Below, piece by piece: positions 52,326 through 63,725 of a stretch of 64,000 nt of DNA. The stretch spans positions 372,001 through 436,000 of the forward strand of contig OW569364.1 in NCBI GenBank assembly GCA_937625935.1. The letters are read 5' to 3'. Position 1 is the stretch's first letter; the number at the start of each line of letters is the position of its first letter. The notes below the pieces were generated by a model. The model saw only the letters and a program-made list of their open reading frames with translations, was not told where the DNA came from and did no database searches. The DNA is from Tetramitus jugosus (taxonomy: Eukaryota > Protista > Heterolobosea). The position numbers and the translations under genes were made by a program.

Positions 52326-54335
52326 ATGAACCCACAACAGCAACAACAGCAACCACAGCAACCACAGCAACAATCATCACAGAGTAGTAGTGGTGGTGGC
52401 GGTGCAAACACGGAAAGTGTTGCCTCCAGACAACATCAAAAACTTTTGATGCTCAAACGTACTCTCTCACCAGAAGACTTTTCAAAACTAACGACTCTAA
52501 TGCATCAAATGAAAGCAGGTCAGTGCACCAAGGAACGATTCGATGAAGAGTACAAGGAACTGATCAAACCATACGAAGGAGCATTTTCACGATTCATGCA
52601 ACAACAACAACAGCAACAACAAAATCAACCTACATCATCAACAGCAACAGCAACAGCAACTATACCACAACAACAACAACAGGGAAATGTGAAGACAGAA
52701 AATTCAAGTACAATGCTTGATAATACAACAACAACTACAACTACACAACAACAACAACAATCATCATTGTCTGTACATGGAATGAACAAGGATCAAATTA
52801 GAGAATTATTACTCAGGTACAAGAAATCAGACAAGGATCAAAAACAGTACTTGAGAGATCATATCGAAGGATTGACAACTTACATTCAACAAATTCAACA
52901 ACAACAGCAACAACAAAAATTGGCTGCTGCTGCTGCTGCTTCTGCTACTACTACTTCACAAACCAATCCATCGTCATCAACATTAGCAGCAGCAGTAGTA
53001 GGAGGAGGAGGGAATGCAGATCCATTGTTGATGCATCAACAAGCATCCGTACCACTCTCTGTTCAACAACAGAATGCTGCTGCTTATATGAACATGATGC
53101 AACAACAACAACAACAACAGAGATTATCACCCTATCAACAACAACAAACAGCAACAACAACTCCAACAACGCCCACGGGAACCAACATTATGATGCCACC
53201 TCATTCCTCTGGTGGAGGTGTTTTTGGTAGTGTACAACAACAACAACAACCATCACAACAACAAGCACTCAACAGACAACAACAACAACAACAACAACAA
53301 GCATTTTTATCACCATCTCCATCACCTCAACAACAACAGCAACAGCAACAGCAGCAGAGAACAGCTACTCCTACTAGTAGTGTCACACCACCACCTCCGA
53401 CAACATCTCAAAAGATGAAATCTGGTGGAAGATCATCAACAGGTGGTGGTGGTGATGAAGATGGTGGTGGTGCTGCTGCTGCTGCAGTAGAGGAAGATCG
53501 ATCCATTCTAGCAGATATGAACATTGATGAAGACAGTAAATTCAATCGGTTCAATGTTCAAATCAGAAAGGGCGGAATGTCTGGACTCGTTAGAGATGAA
53601 CCACTGTTGAACAAGATTGCACTGAGGAGTAAATTGCAGAGAATTGCAAGGAATCAAAGAATGAAGAATGCGGGGATTGGTGATGAGATTTGTGAGTTTA
53701 TGAACATGGCTGTTCAGGATCGATTGAGAACCATTATTGAAGGAATGGTGCAATTGGCTGATCACAGGGATCAGACCAATGTCGATCACATTTTCCATGC
53801 TGCGACAGTGACATCTGATGTGGCTCACACGTTCATGGAACAGGAGGAAGAAAAGCGACGAAAAGTCGAAGCAGAAAAGAAACGAAAGGCCGAAGAAAAG
53901 GAACGACTCAAGAATGCACAACAACAGAGTGAAAAGGATAAGAGTAACAAGGATCCGTCCAAGGCACACGAGGAAGAATTGCAGAGAAGAACAACGAATG
54001 CCAACGTTGTGGCTCAGAGTATGTTTGCTGGTTTTCGGCCTTCGAAATCATCGACTCCCGGTGCCGCTAGCAAGACATCTGCTCCTGGTACTACCCCTGG
54101 ATCATCTGGCAAGAATCGACCATCAGATGGTACGACTGGAAGTGCCAATGGTGGTATCAGCGATGATGACACTTTATCGCCAGATGGTGATGGCAAACAA
54201 TCTGCGTTCGCCAATCCAATACTAGGCAAGCGTGCACCAAGCATAACAATAACAAAGAAGGATCTCATTCAGTATCTGGAACAAGAGAATTTAATGTGCA
54301 AATCAAAAGTGCTGTACACTATTCAGTTAAGATAA
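52326..54335 (+). CDS. TAF4: TFIID subunit TAF4 (RST-like domain, poly-Q, histone fold)
   Basis: Histone fold PLLN..ALRSKLQRI...EICEFMNMAVQDRLRTIIE.M...ADHR; NANVVA; ITITKKDLIQYLEQE; N-terminal helical RST-like segment. Confidence 0.85.
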   Translation: MNPQQQQQQPQQPQQQSSQSSSGGGGANTESVASRQHQKLLMLKRTLSPEDFSKLTTLMHQMKAGQCTKERFDEEYKELIKPYEGAFSRFMQQQQQQQQNQPTSSTATATATIPQQQQQGNVKTENSSTMLDNTTTTTTTQQQQQSSLSVHGMNKDQIRELLLRYKKSDKDQKQYLRDHIEGLTTYIQQIQQQQQQQKLAAAAAASATTTSQTNPSSSTLAAAVVGGGGNADPLLMHQQASVPLSVQQQNAAAYMNMMQQQQQQQRLSPYQQQQTATTTPTTPTGTNIMMPPHSSGGGVFGSVQQQQQPSQQQALNRQQQQQQQQAFLSPSPSPQQQQQQQQQQRTATPTSSVTPPPPTTSQKMKSGGRSSTGGGGDEDGGGAAAAAVEEDRSILADMNIDEDSKFNRFNVQIRKGGMSGLVRDEPLLNKIALRSKLQRIARNQRMKNAGIGDEICEFMNMAVQDRLRTIIEGMVQLADHRDQTNVDHIFHAATVTSDVAHTFMEQEEEKRRKVEAEKKRKAEEKERLKNAQQQSEKDKSNKDPSKAHEEELQRRTTNANVVAQSMFAGFRPSKSSTPGAASKTSAPGTTPGSSGKNRPSDGTTGSANGGISDDDTLSPDGDGKQSAFANPILGKRAPSITITKKDLIQYLEQENLMCKSKVLYTIQLR

Positions 54336-54734
54336 AACTTATATGATATTACATAATTGTGTTTTATTGATCAAATGAACTTCGCGAACTGGACAGAAAG
54401 AACAAAATTGTTGGAACATCACTAACGCAACTAAAAACATGCAATATCATCGACCGTACTATGCACAGAAGGTATTCCAGCCAAGTTCACTCTCATCAGG
54501 ATCTAATTGTTTTCATGGGGTGAGTGACAGGTGCACTCGAAGACGCTTTTTTACTTTAGGCATACGTTGCCGGCCTGGCTTGTCAGAGTTGATGAACTGC
54601 TATTCTGATCATCCTGTATCACAGTATGTGGGTGTGAAATGAAGCAAAAACAACAATGTCTTGTCTTCTGTTGTTGTCGTCTTTTTCACAGCATTGGATG
54701 CACTCCAATATAGCAAAAGCTATCATTTTCACTG

Positions 54735-55247
54735 TCAATCCAACTTGATATTCATCATACGTTCATGTTCTCCTCTTGCATCACTCGATCTGATGTCACG
54801 ATCCTGTTCATTGTCATCTGAAAAGATGTTTTTACGTCTGTGTGCATCATGAATCCGAAACACCTCACTCAAGCTCTGATCACTCAACGATGGAACTTGA
54901 TCCACGGTCAATCCACCAAAAATTGAAAAATTCATGGGCTTTTCGGCGCCAATCGGAATTAGCGGAGTATCAGTCGGATTAAATATTGTAGTCAAAAATT
55001 GGATCATTTTTTGCTTGTAGGACAACTCGTGCTCCGAGTGCAACTTTCGTTGTTGTCTCACAAGATTGACCTGTTGTTTCCGCAGGTGAGCCACCAGCTT
55101 TTGATCATAGCGTTCTCTGTCTTTTCCATCCTCAAAAATCATCAACGACTCATTGTTGTGATCTGAAGAAGTTGTAGAGTTGTCACTGTTTTCAGATCTG
55201 TGCATGTCATCATGACGAAAGTCATCTTTGTTGTCTGGTTGCGACAT
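54735..55247 (-). CDS. Hypothetical protein (170 aa)
   Basis: ATG after an A-rich leader; natural composition; no family recognised. Confidence 0.6.
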   Translation of the reverse strand: MSQPDNKDDFRHDDMHRSENSDNSTTSSDHNNESLMIFEDGKDRERYDQKLVAHLRKQQVNLVRQQRKLHSEHELSYKQKMIQFLTTIFNPTDTPLIPIGAEKPMNFSIFGGLTVDQVPSLSDQSLSEVFRIHDAHRRKNIFSDDNEQDRDIRSSDARGEHERMMNIKLD

Positions 55248-55790
55248 GCTGCTTTTTTCAAGGGTTTTGTTTCACCGAGTTCGGGAAAATATCAAGTTGA
55301 TCATTGAAGTTTCCTTTCGTCAGAGCAAGATATTGTGAATGTCAGGATGCGAACCCTTAAGACCTATCAAACGAAAGGGAAATGACGTGACAGTTCATGC
55401 GTCCACAATGTCAAACTGAACAAGCTCAAGAGCGCTCGAGAGAACTTTTTGCAATCTGGAAACGATCATTTCGCTTTTTTGTCAATGGGCCTGTCGGCCA
55501 AATTGTGTGATGCATGACGCGTCCGTCAAGTGCCTCGCGATCAGGATGACACCATGACATCTCAACGAGGATATGCATCCATATTCCCAGAAGAAAATCC
55601 ACATCTCACAATAGTTGCGAATTGGATTCCAACATCCACGCAAAAGCATTTTAATTCCTTCAATCTCAAACAGTTTTTCATCTCTCTCCTCAATACGTAT
55701 TATTGTTAACTCTCCACACTGTGATCACCAGGAGACATAATTGACCAAAAAGGGAGTTTGTGAAATTATTATTCTTTTTTATCATATGAA

Positions 55791-58700
55791 ATGAGAGGAA
55801 ACAAGAGACAACGCAAGAACGCAGTCATTGCTCACAATCCATTGGATAAGCTTCAACAACAACAGACAACATTACAACAGGAGCAACAAGAGAAGGACAA
55901 AAGAAATGGAGTTCGTCGTTCATCAGGTAATAATAATAAATCGACTGAACCAAAGTACAAGGTCGTAGAGCAACAAGAGATTGTGCAAGACGATGGTACA
56001 TTGTCTAAGGAGTTTTTTGGCGCGTTAGCTCGACCATTTCATTTTCCCGCTGCTGATAGCAGTAGTGGTAGCAATGCAAGTATTGGCGCCAACAGTAAGC
56101 TTCGCTCCTCACCCAGTGGTCCAACCAATAAAATGCTTGCCAAAGTAGCGCGCCAAAATAAACAAGGGCGATCGGGGAGTATTTCATCTACGATGATACC
56201 GCAGCAAGATGCTCAACTGCGATTATTTTTTGGATTGAGGCAATTGAACTTGAATGCGGTGAGATACGTCATTCAAGCCAATCAAAAGTATGAGAGACAA
56301 CAGAAACAGCAGAAACAAGAGCAAGAACAACAGGAGCTGCAAGAAGAACAGTGCGAATCCAGAGAAGAGCTACAAGACAAGGAATGCGAAGAGGAACAGC
56401 AACCAATCAAGCTCATAAAGATCAAGCTCTGTGTGCATTGTCAAGAACCATCGACGATACCGAAAACTAACAAATCAACAACAAAGGCACAAATAACAGG
56501 TCTCTCTGGAATATTCAGTGAAGGAATTCATGACGATCAGTGGACAGAGCTTGGTTCAAGTGAACCAGTTGAGATTGATGTGTGCAGTGGTGAAGATACT
56601 CAGAGTTGCACTGTCAATTTCAAGGCTAGTATTCTCGTCAAATTTGCCTTTGAAAAAGTTTGTGTCATGCGATACACAATTGTTCTGGCAGATGAAAGTA
56701 ACATGACAATTTGTACGAGTCATTCCTATTTGGCTCAAATTGTAGGCAGTAGAAATTTGGTGACAAAGTTTGAGCTGATGAATGAGAGAACAAAGATTTC
56801 GGATCTACAGGTCGTTGCAGAGAGGAATGCCACGAACCAAACAGATCTGGACTTGCAAAAGAATGTCTCTGAGAGATTTCTGGGTGATTATGAAACATAT
56901 TTGGATGCAACTCTATCGTTGGATCTTTTGCAGAAGATACCCAACTCCAATGGTCTCTATGTAATGGTGAGTCAAATGTTCAAGAGTAAGAAAGAACAGA
57001 GAAGTAACAGTGAACTGTTGAATATGGTGCCAAAGGATCGGAGTGTCTCTCGAGGCAGAAAGAAGAGCATGAAGTTTTTTAAGGTGGACGATACACCTGA
57101 GGAAATTGTGCCTAGCTTGCTCAATATTGACAAATCATATTCCTTTGTTCCATTATTCACGAGCGAAGTCGTACATACTACTTCAGTCAAGGATATCCAG
57201 TTCAGATCTTTTACGGTGAAGCCTCAAACAGATGATAGACGAATCATTCTTCGGATAGATGTATTTAGCTACGACAAGCTTGAAAAAGAGTCAGGAAACA
57301 TGTTCTATAAGACCCTAATAGGAAGCAAAATTATCTCCTTGGATGACATGTTGTCAGAAGTGTTGAATTCGTCTCCTAATCCAGCATCTTTTAAACTTGG
57401 AGTTGTGAAACATGTGCCCACTACCGATTCGCTTAGTTCCAGAAATGTTGGAAACAGGAAGCAAAGTCTATTTGTTTTGGACGCACCAAAGATTCATGAA
57501 CCGAGACTACTTGATGCAGGATTTATCAAAGTCAATAGTGTCAAAGTGAGGAAGGAGTCAATCAAAATAGAGCAGATTCAATCGCTTGTGAACTCTGCTA
57601 TCGATTATATGAAACTTGGAGTCAGATTTAGGGTTTTATTTGGCATAGATATGACAAGCGATAACAAGTATCCGAGAAATGACCCAATGTTGCACTATGA
57701 CATGAAAATTCATGGACCAAGTGGAGAACATAAAAGCATTTATGAGCAAGCAATGCAGGCAGTAGCAGAACGAATTGATCAATACTATGTCAACAAAACT
57801 GACTTCCATATTATTGGATTTGGTCATACTGATGTCATTTCAAGTCAGAATCTGATCAATATTATGATGAGAGACAGTGTTGATCCCGGAATTGTGTCTC
57901 CAGGTATTACTCCATTCAAACAATCAACAAATCAAGCCTGGATGGATGCAGTGTTAAGTCGTTATGAACATCCGTTGATGAAATCTCAACTAAGTGCAGT
58001 ATATAGACATGCATGTCGGATACTGCAACAAAAAACCAATTTTTCAGTTAGCATGAAAGATGTGAAGCGAAGTTTGCGCTATAGGAGTGCTGAGTTGTTA
58101 GAGATGACAGGATCATTAGAAATACCCGAGTCAATCTCTGAGGATGGCTCAGTCATTCGCAGTGACCTACAAGAAAAGCGATTTGGTCCAAATGACTTCC
58201 ACCATATCATCAGTGATGTGACAGAGGTGTGCACACAAGTGAAACAGGCACAACCTCGTCACTCTGTTTCACTTACAGAATCCCCGCTCACTGGGCTTCA
58301 AACAGGCACAGCATCCCAGGGTCGTAAGAGAACCATTCTAGCTCCTCTTTTGAGAAGAAAGAGCAAAAAGATGGACGCACCACCAACACCACCGAGTGAA
58401 AACAAATATCTCAGGAAGTCAACCGCGGGCTTGCAGTTCGAGAAGAACAGAAGTGATGGCGTATTGTATCCTGTTTATAATATTTTAGTCATCATGGTCA
58501 GTAATGATCATATTGACATACAAGAGACAATCTATTCGATTGTAGAAGCTAGTCATAAGGCACCCCTCTCGGTCATTATTCTAGGTATGGGTAGTGGAAG
58601 TGCCTTCAAAGCCTTGCGTTCCATACGGATGGAACCCAAGCCGAGTGATGAACCAGATCAGAGACAGTGGGACTACGTTCCTCAAACCAATTACCTGCAA

Positions 58701-58853
58701 TTCAAGGGATTACGGGCAGCAAGGGACATGTGTGTTTTCACGAGGGTTAACGATTTCCCTTCAATAGAAGCAGCCGTTGAACATTCTGTCTCGCGAATAT
58801 CACAGCACCTTTGCCGCTTCTTTAGGTTGCATCAACAACAGAAGATAAATTAA
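55791..58853 (+). CDS. Divergent copine-like protein (two C2-like domains + vWA)
   Basis: W.ELGSSE..., F.FEK, LRIDVF.YD...LIG; vWA FGIDMTSDN...LHY, YEQA, GFG, Y.IL.I, I.ET...IVEAS..PLSVIILGMG, AARD...F. Confidence 0.85.
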   Translation: MRGNKRQRKNAVIAHNPLDKLQQQQTTLQQEQQEKDKRNGVRRSSGNNNKSTEPKYKVVEQQEIVQDDGTLSKEFFGALARPFHFPAADSSSGSNASIGANSKLRSSPSGPTNKMLAKVARQNKQGRSGSISSTMIPQQDAQLRLFFGLRQLNLNAVRYVIQANQKYERQQKQQKQEQEQQELQEEQCESREELQDKECEEEQQPIKLIKIKLCVHCQEPSTIPKTNKSTTKAQITGLSGIFSEGIHDDQWTELGSSEPVEIDVCSGEDTQSCTVNFKASILVKFAFEKVCVMRYTIVLADESNMTICTSHSYLAQIVGSRNLVTKFELMNERTKISDLQVVAERNATNQTDLDLQKNVSERFLGDYETYLDATLSLDLLQKIPNSNGLYVMVSQMFKSKKEQRSNSELLNMVPKDRSVSRGRKKSMKFFKVDDTPEEIVPSLLNIDKSYSFVPLFTSEVVHTTSVKDIQFRSFTVKPQTDDRRIILRIDVFSYDKLEKESGNMFYKTLIGSKIISLDDMLSEVLNSSPNPASFKLGVVKHVPTTDSLSSRNVGNRKQSLFVLDAPKIHEPRLLDAGFIKVNSVKVRKESIKIEQIQSLVNSAIDYMKLGVRFRVLFGIDMTSDNKYPRNDPMLHYDMKIHGPSGEHKSIYEQAMQAVAERIDQYYVNKTDFHIIGFGHTDVISSQNLINIMMRDSVDPGIVSPGITPFKQSTNQAWMDAVLSRYEHPLMKSQLSAVYRHACRILQQKTNFSVSMKDVKRSLRYRSAELLEMTGSLEIPESISEDGSVIRSDLQEKRFGPNDFHHIISDVTEVCTQVKQAQPRHSVSLTESPLTGLQTGTASQGRKRTILAPLLRRKSKKMDAPPTPPSENKYLRKSTAGLQFEKNRSDGVLYPVYNILVIMVSNDHIDIQETIYSIVEASHKAPLSVIILGMGSGSAFKALRSIRMEPKPSDEPDQRQWDYVPQTNYLQFKGLRAARDMCVFTRVNDFPSIEAAVEHSVSRISQHLCRFFRLHQQQKIN

Positions 58854-59028
58854 GGGTGGCCATAACAACTGCACCTAATAAATTCAATAATTTTTGATCT
58901 TTAGTGGAGGGAATACATTACATGACTTATTGTTTCGCAAAATTTTAGAGGTTGAGTGATGGCAGCCACCACAATAACTGTTACTCAATAATTATGAGGC
59001 GAGTGTATCATTTGTCGCAGTGCACAAT

Positions 59029-61402
59029 TTACACAAAGTTGCTAAAATCAGCCTCAAACTCATCAGCAGGCTGAGCATTAGGCTTCCTGATCACATCAGA
59101 GTCATCGTCCGAGTCATCAGAATCAGTTCTCTTCATCACTACTTCATCATCGTTTTCGTCATCATCGGAATCAGAGTCATCATAGTGATAATCATCATCA
59201 TCATCGTCATCAAATTGATATGGTTGGAAAGAGTTGCCCAAAGGAGGAGGACCACCGAGTTGTTTCTCGTTGATTGAATTTCTGACATCTAAAAAGTTGG
59301 TCACGAAATCGTTCCATCCATTCACAGATTCCAAGTGTGGGCCGACCATGGATGAAGCATCGAGTGCATGTCTTCTCAATAGATTGGCAATATCAACAAC
59401 GAATCCCATGTATCCCAATCTGAATGCCTTTGAGTCTCCAGAGTTTGTGATTTGTTCATTCTTGATGTACGCTTCCAACAAACGCTCAACCAATCTTGAC
59501 TGAACGAGCAATGACCTGACAAGTTCTTCGTCCTTGCTCTCCAACACCATTTGGATGACGGAGAACACTTGGCAGTGCAAAATATTGTTGAATTCATATT
59601 TGAAGAACAAGTCCAACAAAATGTTGAAAACGTCCAGAGAGGTAATGTCCTTGCCGATAAAGGTATATCTTTCAACAACGATTCTGAACAGTGTGAGCAA
59701 GTGTTCCACAACCTTTAGTCTCATCTCACCCATTGGAGGCTCCAATGTACCAGTCGATGTGACAACAGGGTCCAACTGTGGCTCACTGGTCAACAGGGTC
59801 AAGAATTCGTTCGTCCGTGATGCAATGAGAGCGGACACCTCGGATGCACTGTAGTCTTGTTGTTCTTCGCACTCCTCCTCAGAGTCTTCGCTATTTTCCT
59901 TGTACTCAATGACCATGCGCACAAATGGAATACCGTGAATGAAAATGGTGTTGTCACTGTTTTGTAGGATGGTGTCCAAAATTTTGATCATGTTGTCCTT
60001 GCTGGTAATATTTTGTGCAATTTCGCTTGATCCCTTCTCGACCACATCGGACAGAACATTGAAAATGTTTCTGTGAACTTCTTCGTTCGTTTTGTCTTCT
60101 TGAAGCTTGTTCAACAGACTAGCAAGCAAATCACCTGGTCCAATCAACAATTCGCGAATCTCTCTCTTCCTTTGTTGCAATTCCTGATCGTTTCCACGTT
60201 GCTTGGCCAAAAACATCTCTCTGAGACGTTGTTGTGTAGCAAATGCACCAAAGGCATCTTGATCGAATCCATCGTCATGTCCCTCGAATCCCATGAGCTT
60301 CAAAATCAAATTGTCCATTTCACAGAGTCCAATATGATCCACAAACACTCTGTTTTTGTTTGTTATTGTCACACAAACACGCACAATGAAATCAAACGCA
60401 TTTTTTTTTGTTTGGTCAAATGAAATTGTTAGCAATTGAAAACGTACAAACTAACAACAACAAAAAAGCCAAAATCAATCATACCTCTTAATAATGTTCT
60501 CACTCTTCTGCTTTTCCAACACAAATTGAATAATGTTCTTGTAATACTTTTGAAGGAGAGAGGAGAGAGCACGGACCAAGTATTGAGAGTGAGATGGATT
60601 GATTGGAGTCAAATCAGTTCTTCTCTTCTCAAAATAGGAGAACAATCTGTTCATTCGATCATCAGAGAAGACAATGGCCTTGAATACATCCTCGACATCA
60701 CAATTGAAAATTTCAGAGGTGGTGTATGGGTATCTGACAAAAAAAAACATGCGTGTGTTAATAACATGTGTGATCAAAAAAGCTTTTCGCCAACATGTGG
60801 AAAAAAAAACAACAAACAGTAACAACAATAATAATAAAAAAAATTCACACACAACATACTTGAAAATACGCTTCAATTCTGCTTCGTGTTCATCAGACTC
60901 CTCTGGTGGAGCTTGATAGTTTTCAACATATTCTTCAGTGACCAAAAAGTCAATCATCTTGTCGACATTTTCATCCTTTGCCAAACTAAATCATCAATGT
61001 GTTATGTGTGACACGTGTGAACAACAGAAAATATTTTTTTCAATGTTTGCAAAAAAAAACGTGTGTTAGCTTTCACTTTCTATATGACTTTCCAACACTA
61101 AAAAACAGCAAAAGCTATGTGTGTGTGAAAGAGATCACACAAGAACAAGTAGAAACTACTTACAATGCTACGACTTTTTGATTGTTACCCTTCAATTCTT
61201 GAATCAATGTGTCTTCTTCCAAAACATCTTCCAATTGGGTTTGTGGCCTATCAACCATTCCATCAAGTGGTGATTGAGTGTAACCAGGGACTAAATCCCA
61301 GATGCTCGTGTATGCATCGTTGCCACCATGATGTTCATCATCATATTCGTCATCATCGTCGTCTTGATGATGCATAAATGGGTCTTTTCCTAAAACGTTC
61401 AT
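59029..61402 (-). CDS. SIT4/PP6 phosphatase regulatory subunit (SAPS domain), 4 exons (introns 60986-61163, 60734-60859, 60350-60484)
   Basis: LEDVLEED.LIQE.K..NQK...F|L, K|YPY..SEI, PPMG..RLKV, LFFKYEFNNILH, RLGYMG; GT-AG introns restore the frame. Confidence 0.92.
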
Positions 61403-61759
61403 TTGAAAGTGGTTTTTTTATAGTAGTGAAAAAAAGAGGTTTTTTGTTGTTGTTGTTGTTTTCGATGAATCACCGGTTTGTTTTTTTCCTGCTGGTTTGA
61501 AACTCTGCGAGTGTTGTTGGTTGTTGGTGTGATGCAAAAAAAACAAATTTCTGAAACTTCTGTTGATGTCAACGTTCTGTGGAGAGAAAAACCGAAAGGT
61601 GAGACAACACACGAAACGCAAAGTTCGAATTTTTTGCGCCTTCTAATTCTCCTCTTCTTATTGTAAAGTAGAATCTTTCTCCGCAAGAATATTTGTAAAA
61701 CGTTTGACAGTTGGTCTCAAAGAATATGCAGGAAACGGCTGTGGGAATTCCCGAGCACA

Positions 61760-63535
61760 TTACACTTTATGTTCGAAATAGGAACATGGCTTTCTTTCCT
61801 GACTAAACATGCCATTGGAATTTCTGCAGGTTCCATCAGCATGGTTCACTGGGGATTGATAAAACTTTGCTTTGTGGTTATTGTTGAACAGACCTTTGTG
61901 GTATTGACTACAGCTCGAAACACCAACCATACCGTCATTCTCTTCTCCATATTGAACAATTTGTGACAATGCACTTAAGAGAACACTGTACTTGCTCTTC
62001 ATACCAAAGGAAGATGATCCACACATGATACCCTTCACATTCTCTTTGATCACATCTCCCAGATCATCAAGACATTGTCCATCAGGGCTGCAATAGCTTG
62101 GTTGGAGAGAAAGATAGGATAGGAAGGGTTGACGAGTGTCACGGTCACAATAACCTGCCTTGGTTGCCACAATACCATACAGATTATCCACAGACAACGA
62201 AGAAGGTTTCTGGTTATAGAATACATGGCAAATAGACTTGAGTTTTGTAGCAGCAGGACTACCTCCGAATGGAGGATTAATAGCATACCAGGATGAATCC
62301 TTGTTGAATGAACAATATCCATTCTTGATTCCTGCGGCAAGAATCAAGTTGCCCATCGAGTGTGCAAACACGATGGTATTCTTGATTACTGTACCTGAAG
62401 AACCAGTATCGTGGTTCGCTGCCAAGTCACAAAAAGTTTTTTGGAGATACGTGCTATCCCATCCTCTCCTTGTGGTGTCTGCTCTAATAAAGAGTCTCTT
62501 GGAGCATTGAGGAGTGAACTCATGAATATTTCCCCAATAGTCCTTGTGTTTGTTGAGTACTGGTAAATCCGGTTCTTCTCCTGCGCCATGTAGGAACACA
62601 CAAACCTTTCCAGGTCCATTAACTTTGAGAATTTGCTTTGACTTCATCTGATCACACTTCGATTCATCGCGCAAGTGTTGAGAATCACAACAGACTGAAC
62701 GATCAGCGAACCATGGTTCCTTCATTTGTTCAGTTACCAACGGAGCATTAATCTTATAGTCTTCATTTTCAATTGGCATAATCTCATCGATTGAAAGACA
62801 CTCTGCCTTCAACTGCTTCAACTTCTTTGCAATGGTACTCTTGTTGGAAGATGACTTTCTTGCTGTTGGAGAGAATTTGGCAAACGTAACCATAATGTTC
62901 TGACCAATAATGTATCTTATCTGACTCATGGAGGAGTCAGTCAAAACCAAAATGTACTCTTCCTCTGAGATAAACTTGAAAACACCTAGAAAGGCTCTCA
63001 AGTCTCCATTATTCAACAAGATATCATTCACAGATTGATCATAGATTGGACTGGATTGTAATTGCTGCTTGTTCAACTCTTTCAATGAACCAATAAATTC
63101 ATTCAGTGAATGAATGGAGAATCCTGGTTGATTAGATGAAGATGAAACACAGCTCTGTTCACCCTTGTTCGCATCCATAAAGGAAATTAATTTTCCTTCC
63201 GGATTGGCTTTAGAGCTAGAAAAGTGAAAGACATCTCTGTCGTTCCAATCTTCTGTGAGCATATCGACACTTGTAATTGCGCCTTCTTCGTTTGTATCTA
63301 AACGAGCAATTGAGGCATATTTTACATGAGGTGCGTCTCTTGTAACCGACACAAACTCCAGAGAGAAGTGTTGGTTGCTTGGAAGTCGCATCTTGGTATG
63401 AAGACTAGCAGAGTTCTCTTGGTCGGTCTCACATCGACTGTAGTCAGTGAACAGAAGAAGGAGAGACAACGACAATACGAGAGACAACACCAAAGAACAG
63501 AATTTCTGTGTTCTGTTTGAATAGAGTAGTGCCAT
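61760..63535 (-). CDS. Secreted alpha/beta-hydrolase (lipase-like)
   Basis: Signal peptide; oxyanion FLHGAG; nucleophile elbow AHSMG; P..GSPAA; NDGMV (Asp); NHADG (His). Confidence 0.85.
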   Translation of the reverse strand: MALLYSNRTQKFCSLVLSLVLSLSLLLLFTDYSRCETDQENSASLHTKMRLPSNQHFSLEFVSVTRDAPHVKYASIARLDTNEEGAITSVDMLTEDWNDRDVFHFSSSKANPEGKLISFMDANKGEQSCVSSSSNQPGFSIHSLNEFIGSLKELNKQQLQSSPIYDQSVNDILLNNGDLRAFLGVFKFISEEEYILVLTDSSMSQIRYIIGQNIMVTFAKFSPTARKSSSNKSTIAKKLKQLKAECLSIDEIMPIENEDYKINAPLVTEQMKEPWFADRSVCCDSQHLRDESKCDQMKSKQILKVNGPGKVCVFLHGAGEEPDLPVLNKHKDYWGNIHEFTPQCSKRLFIRADTTRRGWDSTYLQKTFCDLAANHDTGSSGTVIKNTIVFAHSMGNLILAAGIKNGYCSFNKDSSWYAINPPFGGSPAATKLKSICHVFYNQKPSSLSVDNLYGIVATKAGYCDRDTRQPFLSYLSLQPSYCSPDGQCLDDLGDVIKENVKGIMCGSSSFGMKSKYSVLLSALSQIVQYGEENDGMVGVSSCSQYHKGLFNNNHKAKFYQSPVNHADGTCRNSNGMFSQERKPCSYFEHKV

Positions 63536-63725
63536 TTTTTGCTTTTTGAAGAGTTACCCCATGTTGTTGTTGTTCTCGGTTATGTGGACGAACAACCAAC
63601 GCGTCATGCACAGGCGAAACGGTTGAGACCTAGGTGCTTAGATGACGCAAACCTTGACGTCATTATCGTGTCGGATAATTTTAATCGGAAGGGGGCGCCA
63701 GGTTGGGCAGACAAAAAGGCGCGAC

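Noticed and set aside
55543-55552. AGGATGACAC resembles part of U6 snRNA
   Set aside because: No ACAGAGA box or flanking U6 sequence.
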